NCBI GenBank assembly: GCA_037447605.1
Contig: CM074810.1
Coordinates: 1,708,880-1,772,879, forward strand
From: Zygnema circumcarinatum SAG 698-1b
Taxonomy: Eukaryota; Plantae; Zygnematophyceae
Direction: 5' to 3'
Length of the DNA stretch: 64,000 nucleotides
In this document: piece by piece, positions 16,887 through 33,007 of the stretch
How the letters are laid out: every line of letters begins with the position of its first letter
Numbering within the stretch: position 1 is the stretch's first letter
Program-made: the position numbers and the translations under genes
Notes under the pieces: generated by a model
Told to the model about the DNA's origin: nothing
Seen by the model: only the letters and a program-made list of their open reading frames with translations
Database searches by the model: none

Positions 16887-19533
16887 GAGAGAGAAACATT
16901 GGGAATGAGAGGGAGGCAGCACAGAAGAAAATTATTGCAGAAAGGGAGACGGAGATAGACTCGGGAGCGAGGAATTCAAGAGTGAGAGTGGGAGGAGGGT
17001 ACTAACGCGAGAGTACTGTATCCTGTCAGGAGCTCATCCGCGAAATCCAGTTCAGTGCTCCCTGCTGACTGGTTGTCTGTCGGTTTGCCTGTAAAGTCCG
17101 GAATGGTCATCACTGCAGTTTTTTGGTCCTCCAATAGCACGACCTAGCCGCCACCCCAAAAAAAAATAAAAACCAAAACAACAAGGGAAGCAATAACGGA
17201 AAATATAAACTAGTCAAGAAAGGAAAAGGAGAAGACAAGTCCCGCTCGCTCTCCTCCCCCTCCCTTCGCCCCTCCGCCTCTCCTCCCCTCCCCTCAAATC
17301 TCCCCTCTCCTCCGCTTCCCCTCCCTCCCTCCTTCCTCCCTCTCCTTCCTCCTCTCCTCCCTCCCTCCTCCCCTACCTCTCCGCCTTCCCTTTTCCCCTC
17401 CCTCCCTCCCTCCCCTCCTTCCTCTCCTCCCCCCCTTCGCCCCTCCCTTTGCCCTTTCCCCCTTCCCCCTTCCCTCCCCTTCGCCCCTCCCTCCTTCCCT
17501 CCCCTCAACCCCCTCCTCCCTTTGCCCCTCCACCCCTCCCTTTCTCCCTCCCTCCCTTCGCCCTTCCCCCCCTTCGCCCCTCTCTCCCTCCTTCCCTCAC
17601 CTGAACGAAGTCAGACGTGTTAGACAGCCGCTGATAGGGCTGTGTGGTTTCCTCCATAGTGGTATACATCTCCGGCCTGCCACGTGGCGAGCGCAGAGGG
17701 CGCTCCCGAGGAGTGTTGTACGGAGAGCGGCGCCCGCGAGCATCGAGAGAAGCGCTCCCTGTGCTTGCAGCGGTTGCTGCGCAGTTCAGTTCGTAAAACT
17801 GAGAACTGTCGTTGAAGTTATCGCCCACGTATATGACAAGATATGGAACTTCAAATGTCTCTGATGTGGTGGAAGTCTTCCTGCAAATGTACGACAATGG
17901 AAAATGTCAACATCACGTCGTAGTACAGTAGGACCCCATCATATTTTCCACCTGGTTTTAGCAAATATCCGGCGAAAATATTGTTTTTGGCAAGGTCCGT
18001 GTTACCAATAGGTGAGCGGAATTATGTTAGAGTTCATGTATGTCCGTACGTATCGCATCGTATCGTTTGCTGTCATATCGCTATTACAACTCGTACGGCT
18101 AGTACGGAAAGTACCGTATCGGATCGTATCGCATCGTGCCATATCGTATCGAAGCCAAGAAGAAGGGGGGAAGAGTGAGCGCCTCTTACGGCGGCACGTG
18201 TGGGGAGAGTAGGTGAAGTTTTGCGTAAGCCTGTGACGGCTAGTACAGCTAGTACGGCTAGTACGGCTAACACAAAGTTACTGTACAAAAAAGTGGTTTC
18301 GGCAAAATTGGTGCGAATTTATTGGTGACGCACTTTTGGAGGGGAAAATATGATGGGGTCCTACTGTACTTGTGGCATGCATGAATCGGAAAATGCATGC
18401 TTGTGTAGACATGCATGATTGCATGGGTTCACAAGTACTAAGCAACTATCCATCTACTTACAATTCCGCATCATCCTCAACAACATCAATGCACAGACCA
18501 CATACCAACATAAACATGCGATATGGAAGGCGAGCAGGAGTGTGGTAGGATTAGCCACTTCACCTCTTCAATTTAACTTTAAGTGTGTCGTTGCTCGGCA
18601 AAAGTGACGGGCTCATAAGTTCTCCCAAATTCAGAGAGCTCCCCAGCGGTACATCGAACGATGGGCGCACAAACAGACTGTTGATGCGACTCTGCAGGTC
18701 GCGGTACCCGCCGACTTGTCTCGCCGCACGTGTGACATAATCCGTGGCAGGAATTCCATTGATTTCGAGAACTTCCGCGTCAGCGAGTAGCTCCACACTG
18801 CTGATGTTAAGCGCGTTTGCGGTGATGTTAAGTTCGGCAGCAATACCGATGTCTTTCAATGTTGTAAAAACTGCGCGATGAAAAAGGCATCAGCTTTAAA
18901 CACCCACGCGTGAAAAGGGAGGGTTTTCAGGGTTTTTAGGGGGTTTAGTCTCATTGATGTAATGCAGGCGAGCAAAGTGAGAAGGGAGTAATTTACTGAC
19001 CAGACTTGGGAGCCACCTTGACGACATTTGCCTTCCTTGTCGCACTGTAAACTTGAACCATTGGCAGCATCAAGTAGGTAGAAGCCATCAAATCATAGCA
19101 GTTCGCATTCCATCCCGTGTGGCCATCATTTAGTTTCGAAATTGTCGTTGTGAGGTCGCGATGAAAGTCGAAGTCATTCGCATACTCGGTGTTCTGAATA
19201 CGGAGCAGCTGCTTTCGGAGTCGAACTCGGCTGAAAAGGCGATCGTCCGGAGACTTGATCGCGAGATCAGTGTACGGGTAAAGGTTCACCAATGCCTTCC
19301 AGATGGTATTCAGAATGGACTTTGCTTGGGCGGGTTTGAAGGGGAACGTTGTGAGGCAGCTCTTATAGAGGGAGGGGGTTAAGGCGTAGCCCTGGGCAAC
19401 TGCTGAACCCACAGCGATGCAGGGATCATCTGAAGACTGTGCAAAAGCAGTTGGAGCTTCACTACACGTCAAAAAGAGCATTCCCAGGGAGATGATAAGG
19501 GGGGGAAGCGAACTCCCACGGACGGTGACGTGC
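13876..19533 (-). CDS. Secreted CPAF-like/fungal-type S41 peptidase, paralog A, ~680 aa; exons 19533-19001, 18870-18564, 17880-17601, 17143-17007, 14668-13876 (exons 3-4 appear twice in the artefactual duplication)
   Basis: Hydrophobic leader, DPC...LNDGHTGW, PDZ-like AEVLEINGIPATDYV, TAVMTIPDF, LIIDLSNNGGGY, IIILSNGLCFSTCALF, PQEFIYEPG. Intron phases 1,2,0,2 join in frame. Start codon unresolved (in-frame ATG at 19481 or an upstream exon). Confidence 0.85.
15192..18459. repeat. Identical direct duplication (15192-16820 = 16831-18459, offset 1639) across a 10-N gap; probable assembly artefact
   Basis: ORFs repeat identically at +1639 (15471/17110, 15866/17505, 16342/17981). The junction is at a (GA)n tract. 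Confidence 0.85.
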
Positions 19534-22500
19534 CTACAAAAACAGGTTTGGGTGATCAAAATAAGAGATTATCATTGGTCGTGAGTTCCGTTGAACATCA
19601 GCCTTCTGGGGTTCTTCTCATTGTAGAACGTACTTATGCGTTGACTATACGTTGACCATTTAAGGGATGAAGGATCACATGGCAGTTCAGAAGCATGGCA
19701 ACACTCAACACCATTATGAGATAAACTGACAGAAAATCAGCAGAAGTTTGCCTCTGTATGGCATTAGGTCTACGAAAGGCCTCCTTACTATTCTACTTCT
19801 CAGAATCTGAATCTCTCAGACTCAGAATTTCTCAGCTCCTTAAGACCACACTAAGCTAAGCCATGGTTGAAAATTGAAAGGCTGCGGCTAAGCAAGAAGA
19901 AGGCGGAAGTTGGACGAGAGGGGGGCTCTTCATTATAAGAAAAGGACGATTTAGGTCGGTTCCCAAAACGTTGAGAAAAAGCATTATGTGAGAAAGGTGC
20001 TTCTTTTTTGCTAATCCTTACATTGCTGACTATTTGCTGAGCACGATATTGATGCAGCAACTACATATGTCTAAGTCAGCACATGCCCATCCGTGCGGCC
20101 AAGCCTGGAATTCGACCCATACATCCTGTTAAAAGCAAAATAAAGATATGGAAACATACCATTACTGATATATATATATATACATTACTGCACTATATTC
20201 TGGCACACATTCAGTATTCTCCCACCCTAAGCTCCCTCTCTCCCTCCGAAACTGCCTCTTTTGCGCATTGTGTGTTCTCCTCCCCCCCCTACGCCTCCCC
20301 CCTACCCCGTCTCCCACTCGTCCTATTCCCTGACCCGCCTTCTATCCCCTCAATCTGCCCATCTTAAACACTCCCTCTCCCATCCTCCTTCCCTCCTCCC
20401 TCTCTCGCCCTCCACCTCACTCCTGGCCATATCCAACCTCCCTTCTCACTGCCCATTCTCCTTCCTCCTACCTCCCTTTTCCTGTTCCTTCATCTCCTCC
20501 GTCTCCGACCGCATGCTCACACTCTTCCTTTCCCTCACATTCTTCTCTCCATCTCCGTCCCTCGCCTCTCTCTCTCTCCCCAGCCTCCATCCCTTCCTCC
20601 CCTTCTCGTTTTTCCTCTTCCCCCACGTCCTTTTCACTCTCCCTCTCCCTCTACACCCCCTCCCACCCCCCTCTCTCTCACCCACCTCCCTCTCTCCCAC
20701 TCCCATTCACAGCACACACACCTTCCAACCCTCCGTTCCTCCTCTCCACTCCGCTCCGCCATCGCCGACCTTCGAAGGTACCTCCTCCTTCCTTTCGGCC
20801 ACGTGTCACTTCCTCCTTCGCGCTTCGCACGAGTGGGGGTCCTACAGCCTCCCCCTCCCCCTCCCCCGCCCCCGCCCCCGCCCTCTCCGCCGCCTTTGAA
20901 AGGGCCTCTCACCGACACACCTTCCGTACAAGGATTGGCAGTGGGCCACCGTTGACCCAGTAACCGTTAGCGCGTGAAAGGGAACCAATATGATCATGCC
21001 ACGTGTGATAAAATTTGGCGTGGGACCCTCTGATTGGCCGAAAATTTATGAGTCACATGTGACTGATTCCGTTGGTCAACCCACTTGAAAAAAACAAACA
21101 TTTTCAAGATCCGAAAAAATTGTCGTATCGAACGGCTGGATAAGGTATCCCTGAGGTCTTGCAACTGTCCAAAACTATCTCTATGAGGGTCTCCCGTAAT
21201 TTCTAGCAGAACAGCGCGCATGGAAATGTAATGCCCGTACGTATTCAATGTGGACCGCATTACGACAACCGCATTACGACAAGTGCGAGTGCGTAACAAA
21301 TCTACGTCGACCAATCAGGAAGCACCGACTGCCCTTTGGCGGTACGGTTGGTTTGTCGCCACATCGCCGGCGTAACGGCTAAGACCGACAGGCATAACAG
21401 CCGGCCGGCCACTGCACCGGCAAGTTTGGCGACGGAATCGTACGAACAGAAATGTACCATAATGCGACGAAATACGGCAGTCGTTCTACGTCGCACAGAG
21501 ATCGCAGCGGAAGTCGCAAGAGTGGAGCCACGTGGTGAGCGCCCCATTGGCTGGATCGGGAAGAAGGTCATGCGCACAATCCGCGCGTCGCTCAGAATGA
21601 CAGAGACGCATGAAGGCATCCGCATGGGTTGTCGGTCATGGGGTCATGAGGTCATGGGGTCGGAGTCCTGGGCTCATGGACTTATGGGCTCGTGGGGTCG
21701 TGCGCTCATGGGGTCGTGGGCTAATAGGGTCAGTACCAAAATTTTACAACCGCGGGTGAGGACCCTGGATGACTACCGTATGTCATCAAGACCATGGTCG
21801 TGCGTGGTCCTGAGTCAGGACTCCCGACCTTGCTAGTTTGCAAACCAGAACCAGTTTGCTGACTAACTCTGGACCGAAGCTCGAACCGGTCCACGAGGTT
21901 CTGTCTCGGCAAGCCTGCAAAGTGCGGGCAGGCAGGCAAAGGAAGGGGAGGGAGGGGAGAAGTAGCTGACAATGGCGGCTGAGGATCTATCGGGAATTCG
22001 AGGCCCTCTAGATGGGATCGACAATAGAACGGTTCGCATGGGAATTTTTTTTACATCCGCCCAAACCTCCGTCTCCGTCCACTCTATCCCACTCCCTTCT
22101 CCCTTCTCTCCCCCATTTGCTTTACTCCCTCTCTCTATTATCAGTGAGCTGCGTAAATGGCGATGCAGAAGTAATCGTTATTCGTAGAGGCAGTCGACGA
22201 GATTGAAGAGAAATCTCGTCAATTAGCGCCTCCTCAAACTAAAAGATTACAGCACCCAATTCTGGCTGCAACTGGTTTTCAGAAGTGACACAGCCCAAAT
22301 AATTATTACTTTCATATGGTTCGGTATCGCGATAAGCAGTTCCCATTTCCTTTCAAAGGCAGACTTGCATTAGAAAACAAACAACCACAAATTCTCATTG
22401 ATTTGGCGAGCATGCAACGAGAAAAGAACACTTAACATATATATTAATGGTAGCTTAAGATATAACATATTTTCCTTTTATTTTTCTCCATTCTCCCCTC

Positions 22501-22715
22501 CTTCCCACCTCCCTTACTCCCTCCCTGTCCCTCATCTCTATGGTCTTTTCCCCTTATCCTCTTCTTCCCTTCTCTCCCTTCCCCTCCCAGCCTTCCCCCT
22601 TTATCCCTCAGCTGTAGACCCTGATTGACCCCATAATTTCATACCCAACTCATCCTCCAAACAAACATTTTCCTCCCCACTTTCCATCCCTGACCTTGTC
22701 CTCTCTCCTCCCTCT

Positions 22716-23803
22716 CTACGCCTCCTCCTTCTCTCCCTCCAACTGGGGCAGCCCGGTCGGCTCACACGAGAGACACCTGAACCCTCGGTTCAGCACGTGC
22801 ACATACACCATCGCTGCCAGGAAAGCTCCCACAAAGGGGCCGGCCCAATACACCCAATGGTGGGCCCACTGACCCGTCCACACGGCGGGGCCGAGGGACC
22901 TCGCAGGGTTCATGGAAGCGCCCGTGAGAGGAACCCCCACAAGGTGGTCGGCCATGATCGCGAAACCAATGAGAATGGGGGCGATCATGCCGGGGCCGTT
23001 GGGGTCGACGGCGGTTCCAAAAATGGTGAAGATGAGGACGAAGCTAAGGACCACTTCTAGCACGAATCCGCGGGAGGCACTGAGGTCGGGTGCAAGGCCG
23101 TGCGCGCCAAGATGGCCCTGAGAGAGGGAGAGAGAGGAAGAGAGAGGGAGAGAGTAAGAAAGAGTGAGAGAGGCGAAATCAGAAGCTGGTTTGTGACAAT
23201 GCGTGAGAGATTCTATGGGGATTTGAGATCGAATTACAAGTAAGTGCTCTTACATAGGCGAGATCGTCAACGACCCCTTTGAGAACGCCGGCTCCAAGGA
23301 TCGCTCCGCCGCACTGTGCTATCACATACATGACGCCGCGCACGATGTTGAGGCGGCCGGATACGACAAAGGCGAAGGTGACGGCGGGGTTGATGTGGCC
23401 GCCCGAAATGGAGCCGATGGTGCCCGCGAGGAGCGCGATCATGAGGCCGTGGGCGAGGGAGATGGCGACCAGGCGGGCGGGCTCTATGGGGACACCCTTC
23501 AGTTCCACCGTGCCTGCAACCGTGGACCCCATTGCCGCTTAGAATGTGATTGGAGGGCTAGAGAGAGATAGAGGAAGGCGATGAAGAGATGCGAGAGGGA
23601 GGGAGAGACGAGAGAAGAGGAGGGAGAGGAGTGAGAGGAGAGTGGGAGAGAGGCGCACCGGAGGAGACGACGGCGCCGCATCCAACGAAGACGAAGAGGA
23701 AGGTCGCCACGAACTCGGCTGTCGCTGCGCGCCACGCGTCGGCGTGGAAGAGATCGTCCTTCTTCTTGCCGACCTCGAACTCGACTAGAATGAAGTTCAA
23801 CAT
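22716..23803 (-). CDS. HIP1: Aquaporin (MIP), hybrid intrinsic protein (HIP) type, ~276 aa; exons 23803-23659, 23537-23254, 23117-22716
   Basis: AEFVATFLFVFVGCG, SGGHINPAVTF and GASMNPARSLGP (two NPA boxes), HWVYWAGPFVG. The ar/R filter reads H/H/A/R (ISLAHG, MADHLVG, GAS, NPAR), as in moss PpHIP1;1. Confidence 0.88.
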
Positions 23804-23852
23804 CGTGAGAGAGTGGGAGGGAGAGAGAGAGATGGAGGGGGAGAGAGAAAGG

Positions 23853-23941
<89 letters not shown>

Positions 23942-26895
23942 GAGCTTGAGGCTGACCGAGAAGCAAACTGAGAGTAAGGAAAGGTGGCTGTGGAGAGACT
24001 GGCGATGGCGGAGGCTTTAAGGGGCGGCAGCTCCAAACACTGGTTTGTACATGTACGGTAACATCGACAAAAATGACGTCACTTTTTTATTTTTATTTGG
24101 AGCTCTGCATTTTTCGGATATGACGGTTCAACTATTTTCAACGCTTCGGTTTCTTATTTTGTGTTTGTTTGTTTTTTCTGATTTGTTCTCTTTTTAACCT
24201 TTTGGGCATTTCTGGCGTTTTCGTTTGGCTTTTCCGGGCACACCTCAAGGGCTTAAAATAATTCTTGAACCAATCAGAGATTGACACGTGACAAGACCAC
24301 TTCCAAGTTTTCAGATTTTTGCAGCCCCAAAAATTTAACATTTGCCTTTCGGTCCAAAATTGCAGACTGGCCAAACTTTTCATTTCGTTCCTTTTGTCGT
24401 GGGCCTCGTGGCACAATCCCAGTGGACAATTTTCAAGTGCGGGCTGGCTGGAAACGTTTCCCATACACCAATAGAAAATATTTTAAAATCATTTAGTCTA
24501 TCAAAAAAACTGGCTCGTACGGTTCTGGCGCGTGGCCGGCGTGTGGCCTGAGATCCATGGATCGTACGGACAGGCGCGTGGCGGGCGCGTGGCCTAAGAT
24601 CTAAAATCTTCCAGGTCAGCAGCGTTGGACAGTCTGCTGCACTTGGCAAAAATGCTGACGCAAGCACTACATTTCCGCGAAATTGTCAACAATTCGAGCC
24701 AAAATTCCCCGCCCGTTTTGGCCCCATCGGGCGACCCGCGGCTCCGAACCGAACACGTGTCAAATTGGATGGTTTTGGAAAAAGTGAAAGGACAAATACC
24801 GAGTCTAGTCAGCTACTTTCTGCCAGCTGGCAGTCCCAGGGCCTCTCCCGTCGTGGTCTGGGTTATCGAGCGTCTTCCAATAGAAAAGTGCCACGTGGAG
24901 TGTTCTAGAAAGATGCCAGATCCTTGTGTCACGTGGAACATCCAACGGCGCACATTTGATCCAAATGTCGACGTGGACAATGACCTAAAACCCTCCAAGA
25001 ATGGAGGGCGGACATTGCCGACTCAGCGAAAGGGGTCACGACAATGGAGTGTACGGACATGATTGATAGGGAATTGCAGCCAACCAAAATGTCGGCCACC
25101 GACCATCACCGACATAATGGCACGCGCTGACCACGGGCTCGGCGCGCGTTGGTGCTGATTGCGAGGACCTAAATGTCGGCCACCGACGATAAAGCCGGTG
25201 GGTCCTGCGGCCACCGACATAATGGCACGCGCTAACCACGGGCCCGGCGCGCAGTGCCGACCTAGACATAGAGTAGGGCGGATGAATTTTTCGACCTTGG
25301 AAGGTTTTCGCCAATCAGATGGTCCCACGTCACCCTGAGCTATCATGTACATCGGTAGGCTCGATTGTTCGTACAATCTGGCTGCTCCTCCGCGTCCTTT
25401 TATTTTGTCGCGGAGTGAAAATTCGACAAAAGAATTGGTGCCATCCTCGTGTAGTATCCGTACCAGCAGGTGACCGACGAGTACGAACAAAAAGCGGCGC
25501 CACGTGCCACGTTGGCGTCAAGCCGACCGAGCACATGCAGCCAATGACGAGCTGCCGCGACGCGTGCCTCCAAAAAAGTCGAGACCGTGCCTTAACCTAT
25601 GCGGGAGTGTCGTCATGTTGTGTTTTGTCTCCTAGCTGACTGAGACAGATACGACAAACGTACCCGTTCGTTCCACCCGCAGCAGTACTGTATGTACAAA
25701 AGCCGGTCTGAATCTCGCCTGCTCGGCAAGGCGCGATCGAGCGGTTGCAAATGTGCCACGTCGGATGATGCCATCGTTTGGAAAATAAATAAAGGAAAAC
25801 AACTTTGAAAGGCCAAAGTTTTGTTGAACAGTCAGTGACCCAATGGCCATTTTTAGTGACTTCAAAAGGCAAATTGCGTTGCCTTACCATAAGTGTTGCG
25901 CAGTTGTTCAACAAAAACTGTTTGGTAACTTGTGACAATGTTCATTTTTAGAGCAGAATTGTATCCAAAGGTATCTCTGCTGACAATCAGCGCAAGAAGA
26001 CGAAGAACAGTATACTGAAGCTCAGGATGAAATGGCACTGCATGTAAACCTAGAAAAGCAAGAACAGTACCTATTTCCTTACCATTTTCACAACGGAGCT
26101 GTGGCCTTGTATAATAGAATAATGAAAGGAACGCTGCTTTATTTTAACATACCTACACCAGCAACAACAGCAACAATACGGTAGCAGCAGAAGAAATCTT
26201 ATGCGACCTCGACCGGCGGTTACCGCGCGTCGATGGCTGCCCCCGCCAGCGTGGCAAACAACTGCGGAGGGGAGACGGTCCTTAGCACTAACGTGGCGAT
26301 GAGCGATTGGTAGGCGCCCGTTCTTTTTATCTCAGTATAACTAACGCACACGTGGCAGCCACGTTGGCGCCGCGCTGGCTCGGCGCTCCATGATGGAACC
26401 TAGTAACGCGTACGCCCTTCGCCCCCTTCCCTTGATTTCCAAGGTCAAACCCAGCCAATCAGCTTTTGCCACGTCAGCTATCCGTTCAATGCTGGTTACT
26501 TTAGTCCTGGATTTGGCCTTGACCAGTGGGCGAGGACTAGCTACCCGTGTCAGTTATTCACCAGTTTTTAGTCACTAATCATCCTGCTAGCCAGCTGGAA
26601 GACTTTCCGAAACACGCTGGACCGTACCATACGGACCGAAATTGACCAACACACCAACCGTACGGACTAGTATCGTGACGTTACAGTACCTAGACGTACT
26701 GATGACGTCATGTGCTCACTCCATGAAACTTGTACACGTGGCGCATCACCATTGGCAAATTCTGCCGTATTTAGTTCGCAATAGGGCACACGGTAGGTTT
26801 CCCCGCGTCTGCGCCCCTTCAGATTTTACGCGGAGGCGGAGGCGGAGGCGGAGGCTAGAGGAGAGGGAGAGGGAGAGGGAGAGGGAGGCAGCGCC

Positions 26896-29158
<2,263 letters not shown>

Positions 29159-29970
29159 GGGAGCAAGGAAAGGAGAGGGTGTGATCTGTATATCAAAATT
29201 GTATATGGAATTTTCTGCTCTGACATTCAGGCACATGTATACACTTGGGCTCAGAATGGAGAAAGTTTGTGTGAGAGAGGGAGAGAGAGAGAGAGTGTGT
29301 AGTACAATGTATGGCACAATATTGAATACGAAAGGGGTTGAATGACACTCGGCAATTGTTGGCACCCATGTTGACTCCCTCACATGCCTTCCGCTCATCC
29401 CTCTCCCTCCCTTCCTCCCTACTCTCTCCCCTCTCCTTTTCTCACTCCTCGCACTCCCTACATGATGTCGCTGAGTGAGACATCATTTGGTGCAGCAATT
29501 GATCTCTTTTGGAATGGTGGCGAAAGGAGGGTCTAGGAATCATAGAGCTAGCTGTGGTAGTGGGCGAGAGGTGGGGATGGAATAAGGGGAAGAGGGAGTA
29601 AGGGAGAGTGGGAGAGGAGAAGGGAGAAGGAGGGCTAGGGGAAGTGTGGAAGGTTGGGAGTGAGCGAGAGGGGAGGGGAGGAGAGAGGGAGGGCGGGGGA
29701 TAGGCAGGGAAGAGGGACAGAAAGGGCAGAGGCGGCCATCTTCACAGAGCAAAAAGGTCTTCCTCAAAGAACGCCATCAACTGAATGGATAAACAATTAG
29801 CAGTATGGTCCGTCATGATTTAAATTAACGTAAATAAAACCGCATTCTCTTGGCGCGGAAAAATAAAAAGGGTTGGCCGAAATTGGGAAGGAATCATCCC
29901 GACCATCTACTTCGCCTCTCGCCCTCCCTCGCTCCCTCCATGTCTCCCCCCTTTCCCGCAATTAAAAGAC

Positions 29971-31374
29971 TTAGATATCTCCCACACCAAAGAACCGCTC
30001 CGCCTCCTGCCAGAGTCTCCCCAGAGACAACACATTCAAGTCTGTATACTGTAACTGGAACTGCCCCGGCTCATATATAAACTCCTGGGGAATTTTGGAG
30101 CTTTTTGGGCCGTAAGATTGGGCGACCGTGAACCGTAGATTTCCCTGAACCGGCAAAGGCTTCAAAGACCTGGAACTCTGCTGAAGCTGAGACCCAACTA
30201 CATTATCTATGTAGAACTGGTCGTAATCAGTTACAAAACCCGACGACCCATCACTGAACGCAAACGGAGCGGAATCTGGCCCTGCATGGCCGCCGGCTGT
30301 GACAAGTGTCACGTTATGGCGCTGCCTCATTTGGTAGGCGAAGTTGGAGCAGGCGGAGTAACACATTCCGTTACTTAGAAGCAAAATCTGAGGGGGCTGG
30401 AGGAGAGTGGTGTTGGGTAGGAAGCCGGGGAAGAGGGTGTCGAGCGAATTCTTGAAATTTTGGAGAAGGAAGAGAGAGGAGAATTCGGCTGTGAAGTTGT
30501 TCTGGGTGACATTTTCGAGAGGGTAAAAGAATTGGGACGATTTGTTGAAGGGTTCACCTTTGAGGGAGAAGTAATTGGCAAAGTGGTACGTGGAGTTGCC
30601 ATTTTGAATGGTGGCGGCTTTGGAGTATGCCAGTTTGGGAAACCACGAGGCTTTGAATTGGAGGGGAAATTGGGGGTCTCCGTCCTCGGGAAAGAAGAGC
30701 TGAGTGAGGAATCCGGAAGTGGCGGCGTAACCCCCTCCGTTGTTGCTAAGGTCTATTATGAGCCGGGAAGCTCCCGAGGTCCTGCCGCCACGTGTCACAA
30801 TAGGATAGCTGGTTAGGTCAGGGAGAGGGGATGGGGAGAAGAGGGGGAGAGGGAGGGGGAGTGGTGGGGAGAGGAAGAGGGAGAGGGAGAGGGAGAGAAT
30901 GAGGTTTAGTTCGTATACCCAGAGGACATAGAATGAAGCAAATTTCTGAGGTGAAGGAAGCATTTAGCCTGTAATAAGTGGGGTAGGAGATGAGTATGAG
31001 GCGAGGTTGGATGCTTGGCCTCACATGATCTGTTTGTATGCGGCGAGAAGGTCTCCGAGGAAGCCGTAAAGAGCCATCAATGGCGGCATGGAGGCATTCT
31101 TTGCACCCGCTCCTTGGAAGTCAGGGATCGCCATGACTGCTGTTTTGTTGCTTGGAAGCAGATACACCTGCGACTCAAAAAATGACAAACAATTAAAACC
31201 AATCAAACCAGAGATAAGACACAAATCAATGACATGAATAGATAAATATCAAAATGAGCACCTATGCAGTTCTTATGTGACCTCAATTCAGCGCAATACT
31301 TGTAGCCGACACATACATCATGTGATGATGCATGCATGCATGATGGGGTGATGTATGGGGTGACGTAAGAGAGA

Positions 31375-31418
<44 letters not shown>

Positions 31419-33007
31419 AAAAGAGAGAGAGAGAGAGAGAGTCACAGAGTCGACCCCACCACCTACCTGAATGTTATCCTCGCTTGCGGATAAAGAAGTG
31501 AAGCCGAAAGCCTCCACTGAAGCATAGTCCGGCACCACTCGGTGCTTAATTCCGGGCTGTTCTCGCGGGGCATGATAGTGAATAGTTCCGGATGCCATCT
31601 TTTCCCCAAACGCTCTCTCCCCATTCACGCTCGACTTTGGAGCCGCGCAATTCAGCGCATAGTATTCCATGCTGCTGTTGAACGGTTTGCCTTTGTAGTA
31701 AACGAAGTATGGAACTTCCAAAGTTTCCGCCGCGAGGTTGTTGACTCTGTAACAAAAGCACGGCACAAAAGTTAGACTATTAGACAAAAATGATTGGAAA
31801 ATTCGATACAAACTCAACTGGGAAGGAGATAACAGAAGCTTGAATTACATTTCTGGACCTAGTTCGTGTGAGAGAGGGAGATGTACCTTCTAACTTTCAA
31901 TGTGATGGTGTCATTTTTGGGGATATATCGAGGCCTCATAAAGCCCCCCACATAGTACAGACCAGTCTGAAACGCAGGACGCATGAACAAAGAATTAAGC
32001 CGAACTTGAGGATCGCGATATCCGGGTGATTGTTTCGCAAAATTTTCGACATATTTCATAGCGGGAATCCCGTTAATTTCCAGCACTTCCGCACCCTTGT
32101 AATCGCTTAAAGAGATATTAAGCGATTGTTCCGTGTGGTTGAAAACGGGCCCATATCCTTCAAGGACTTCAAGATCTGCAGAGGGAGAGAAAGCCGAGGG
32201 AGCGGAAGGTTATACTCTATGGGAAGGGAGGGAGGGAGGAAGGGAGGGGGGGGAGGGAAGGAGGGAAAAAACGAAAGAGGAAGAGTTTCATACCGGCACA
32301 GCAGCAGAAAGGAAGGGGGCGTAGGAAAGAATGAAGGCAGCGAAGCAGGGAGGCAGGGAGGCAGAGGAGGGAGGAGGGAGGGAGGGAGGGAGGCAGGAGA
32401 GGAGAGGAAGAGGCAGAGAGGAGGGAAGGAGGGAGGGAGGTCTAATGAAATGGTTGCGGATGCTCTCACCTAAATCTGGAAAAATAATCATTCTAGTAGT
32501 ATTTTTCTGGGTATCGTAAAACCTTATTATCGGGAAAGATGTTGCGGCTATAGCTGTTCCATGGTAGCAGTTTGGCCTCCATTCCGTGTGACCGTCATTG
32601 AGCAAATCGAGCGTTCGCACAATGTCGTTTTGGAATCCAAAATCGTTCACATATTTGCTTTTTTGAATGCGGAGAAGGTGCTTTCGGAGACGTACATTAC
32701 TAGAGATTTGAGGAGTAGGTGACTTCTTAGCGAGGTTAGAGTAGGGGTAGATTCCTACTATAGTTTGCCAGACTAAGTCAAGGAGAATTTTGGCCTCTTT
32801 GGGATTATACGGAAAAGTGGCGAGGCATTTACGGAATTCCGACGGACGGACCGCATGGAGAAGGGAGAATTTCAGTCCTACGGATTCACATGGATCCGTA
32901 AGGAGTTGGGAGTTCGAGGAGGCTCCAGCAAGGAGAGAGAGGAGGAGGAGGAGGAGGAGAGGGAGAGAGAGAGAGAGAGAGAGGTTTTGGGGGGTGAATG
33001 GGGCCAT
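29971..33007 (-). CDS. Secreted CPAF-like/fungal-type S41 peptidase, paralog B (most divergent); exons 33007-32470, 32175-31887, 31746-31467, 31167-31025, 30781-29971
   Basis: Signal peptide [102 protein letters not shown]. Intron phases 1,2,0,2. Confidence 0.88.

Noticed and set aside
15192-18459. Apparent in-frame tandem duplication of S41-A exons 3-4
   Set aside because: The copies look identical including intron sequence and are joined by a 10-N gap at a (GA)n tract. The same pattern occurs at 8225-10766 and 54172-56927, typical of unmerged contig overlaps. Read depth would confirm.
21972-22260. Short ORFs (MAAEDLSG...) downstream of the aquaporin
   Set aside because: No recognisable motif or consistent exon chain; may be a TE remnant or UTR.
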